Positions 63,305 to 64,000 of a stretch of 64,000 bases of DNA are shown here, one piece after another. A model generated the notes under the pieces. The model was given only the letters and a program-made list of their open reading frames with translations, was not told the DNA's origin and ran no database searches. The translations under genes and the position numbers were made by a program. How positions within the stretch are numbered: the first letter of the stretch is position 1; each line of letters opens with the position of its first letter. Origin of the DNA: Octopus vulgaris (Eukaryota); the NCBI GenBank assembly GCA_951406725.2, contig OX597824.1, positions 23,250,001-23,314,000 on the forward strand, in the 5' to 3' direction.

Positions 63305-63375
63305 TACTATTACTATTATTATTATTACTATTATTATTATTATTATTATTATTATTGTTATCATTATTGTTATTA
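62338..63375. repeat. (GT)n tract and compound (ATT)n/(TTC)n/(ATC)n tracts
   Basis: Directly visible (62338-62622 and 62800-63375). Confidence 0.9.
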
Positions 63376-63628
63376 TGTATGAGATCTTTGAATTGGTTAA
63401 TTAAGAGATGGTTCTTTCTTTCGTGCAGATAATATACACACGCTGTTAACCTTATAATAAGATGGTACGAAACTAGCGCCGGAGATAATGGTGTATATAT
63501 TTCTACTCGCTTCCGCCTCCCCGAGACAAGATGTCTCTTGCATTATATATCAATTGATTTGAAACATTAACGCGAGGTCAATGACCGAATACTTTTGAAT
63601 ATATCAATATGTATGTGTACGTATGCGT

Positions 63629-63681
<53 letters not shown>

Positions 63682-63877
63682 GAAATAGAAAGATGAATAA
63701 TCTTGTTGCAGATTAATCAAAAGTTTAACCGATACCTTGGTATCACAGCATAAGACAGCACGGCTGGAGGTACAACCCTATGGTGTTGCAACCGTGCGTT
63801 GGTGCGGATAATTGAATTTTAATATTATTAGTGAATTGAAGAAAAGGAGTTGAACGAAGATTGAACAGAAATCGTTT

Positions 63878-63970
63878 TATTGCATTCTACACGTGTTTCG
63901 AAAGGCACAATTTACCAAATTCCGATTGAATAAGGAGACCATATTGTGTCTTTATCTTCAGGAAGAAATA
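63878..63970 (-). ncRNA. Type-I hammerhead ribozyme-like motif in an insert starting at the (TA)n end (~63678)
   Basis: UAUUUCUUC-CUGAAGA-U-AAAGACACAAU...AUUGUGCCUUU-C-GAAAC-ACGU-GUA-GAAUGCAAUA: perfect core, 10/11-bp stem II, palindromic CACGUG stem/loop III, bulged stem I. Confidence 0.68.
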
Positions 63971-64000
63971 GGAAATCCGTTGGAAAAAACAAAAACAGAA

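Noticed and set aside
62050-63364. His/Thr-, Val/Cys- and Ile-rich ORFs
   Set aside because: Microsatellite translations.

Overview
Eukaryotic, AT-rich, repeat-saturated DNA, most likely from an octopus or other cephalopod (inferred from the tRNA-derived SINE families and extreme microsatellite load). The only host genes I can support are three minus-strand, 3-exon, divergent alpha-tubulin paralogues in ~7-9 kb segmental duplications. Copy 2 (40127-43959) is intact (447 aa). Copies 1 and 3 each carry a -1 frameshift, and copy 3 also has substitutions in the conserved T7 loop. All three lack the K40 acetylation site but keep MREC and C-terminal EEY. The rest is mobile DNA: three SINE families with exchanged 3' tails, CR1/L2-group, Tx1/L1 and R4/Dong-like LINE fragments, a solo LTR, a piggyBac-type MITE, a non-autonomous Helitron and a Tc1 relic. 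The most unusual signals are: (i) five minimal type-I hammerhead-like motifs in short non-coding inserts lodged in (TA)n tracts, two of them in the arms of nested palindromes at the edge of the tubulin array (Penelope-like); (ii) a 1.9 kb ORF1-only retro-element with an 18-bp TSD, whose 3' tail is shared with a SINE, inserted in the promoter region of the intact tubulin; (iii) mosaic, K40-less tubulin paralogues. Most ORFs in the supplied track are microsatellite or SINE artefacts. All alignments were done by eye; SINE and LINE boundaries without a TSD are approximate.
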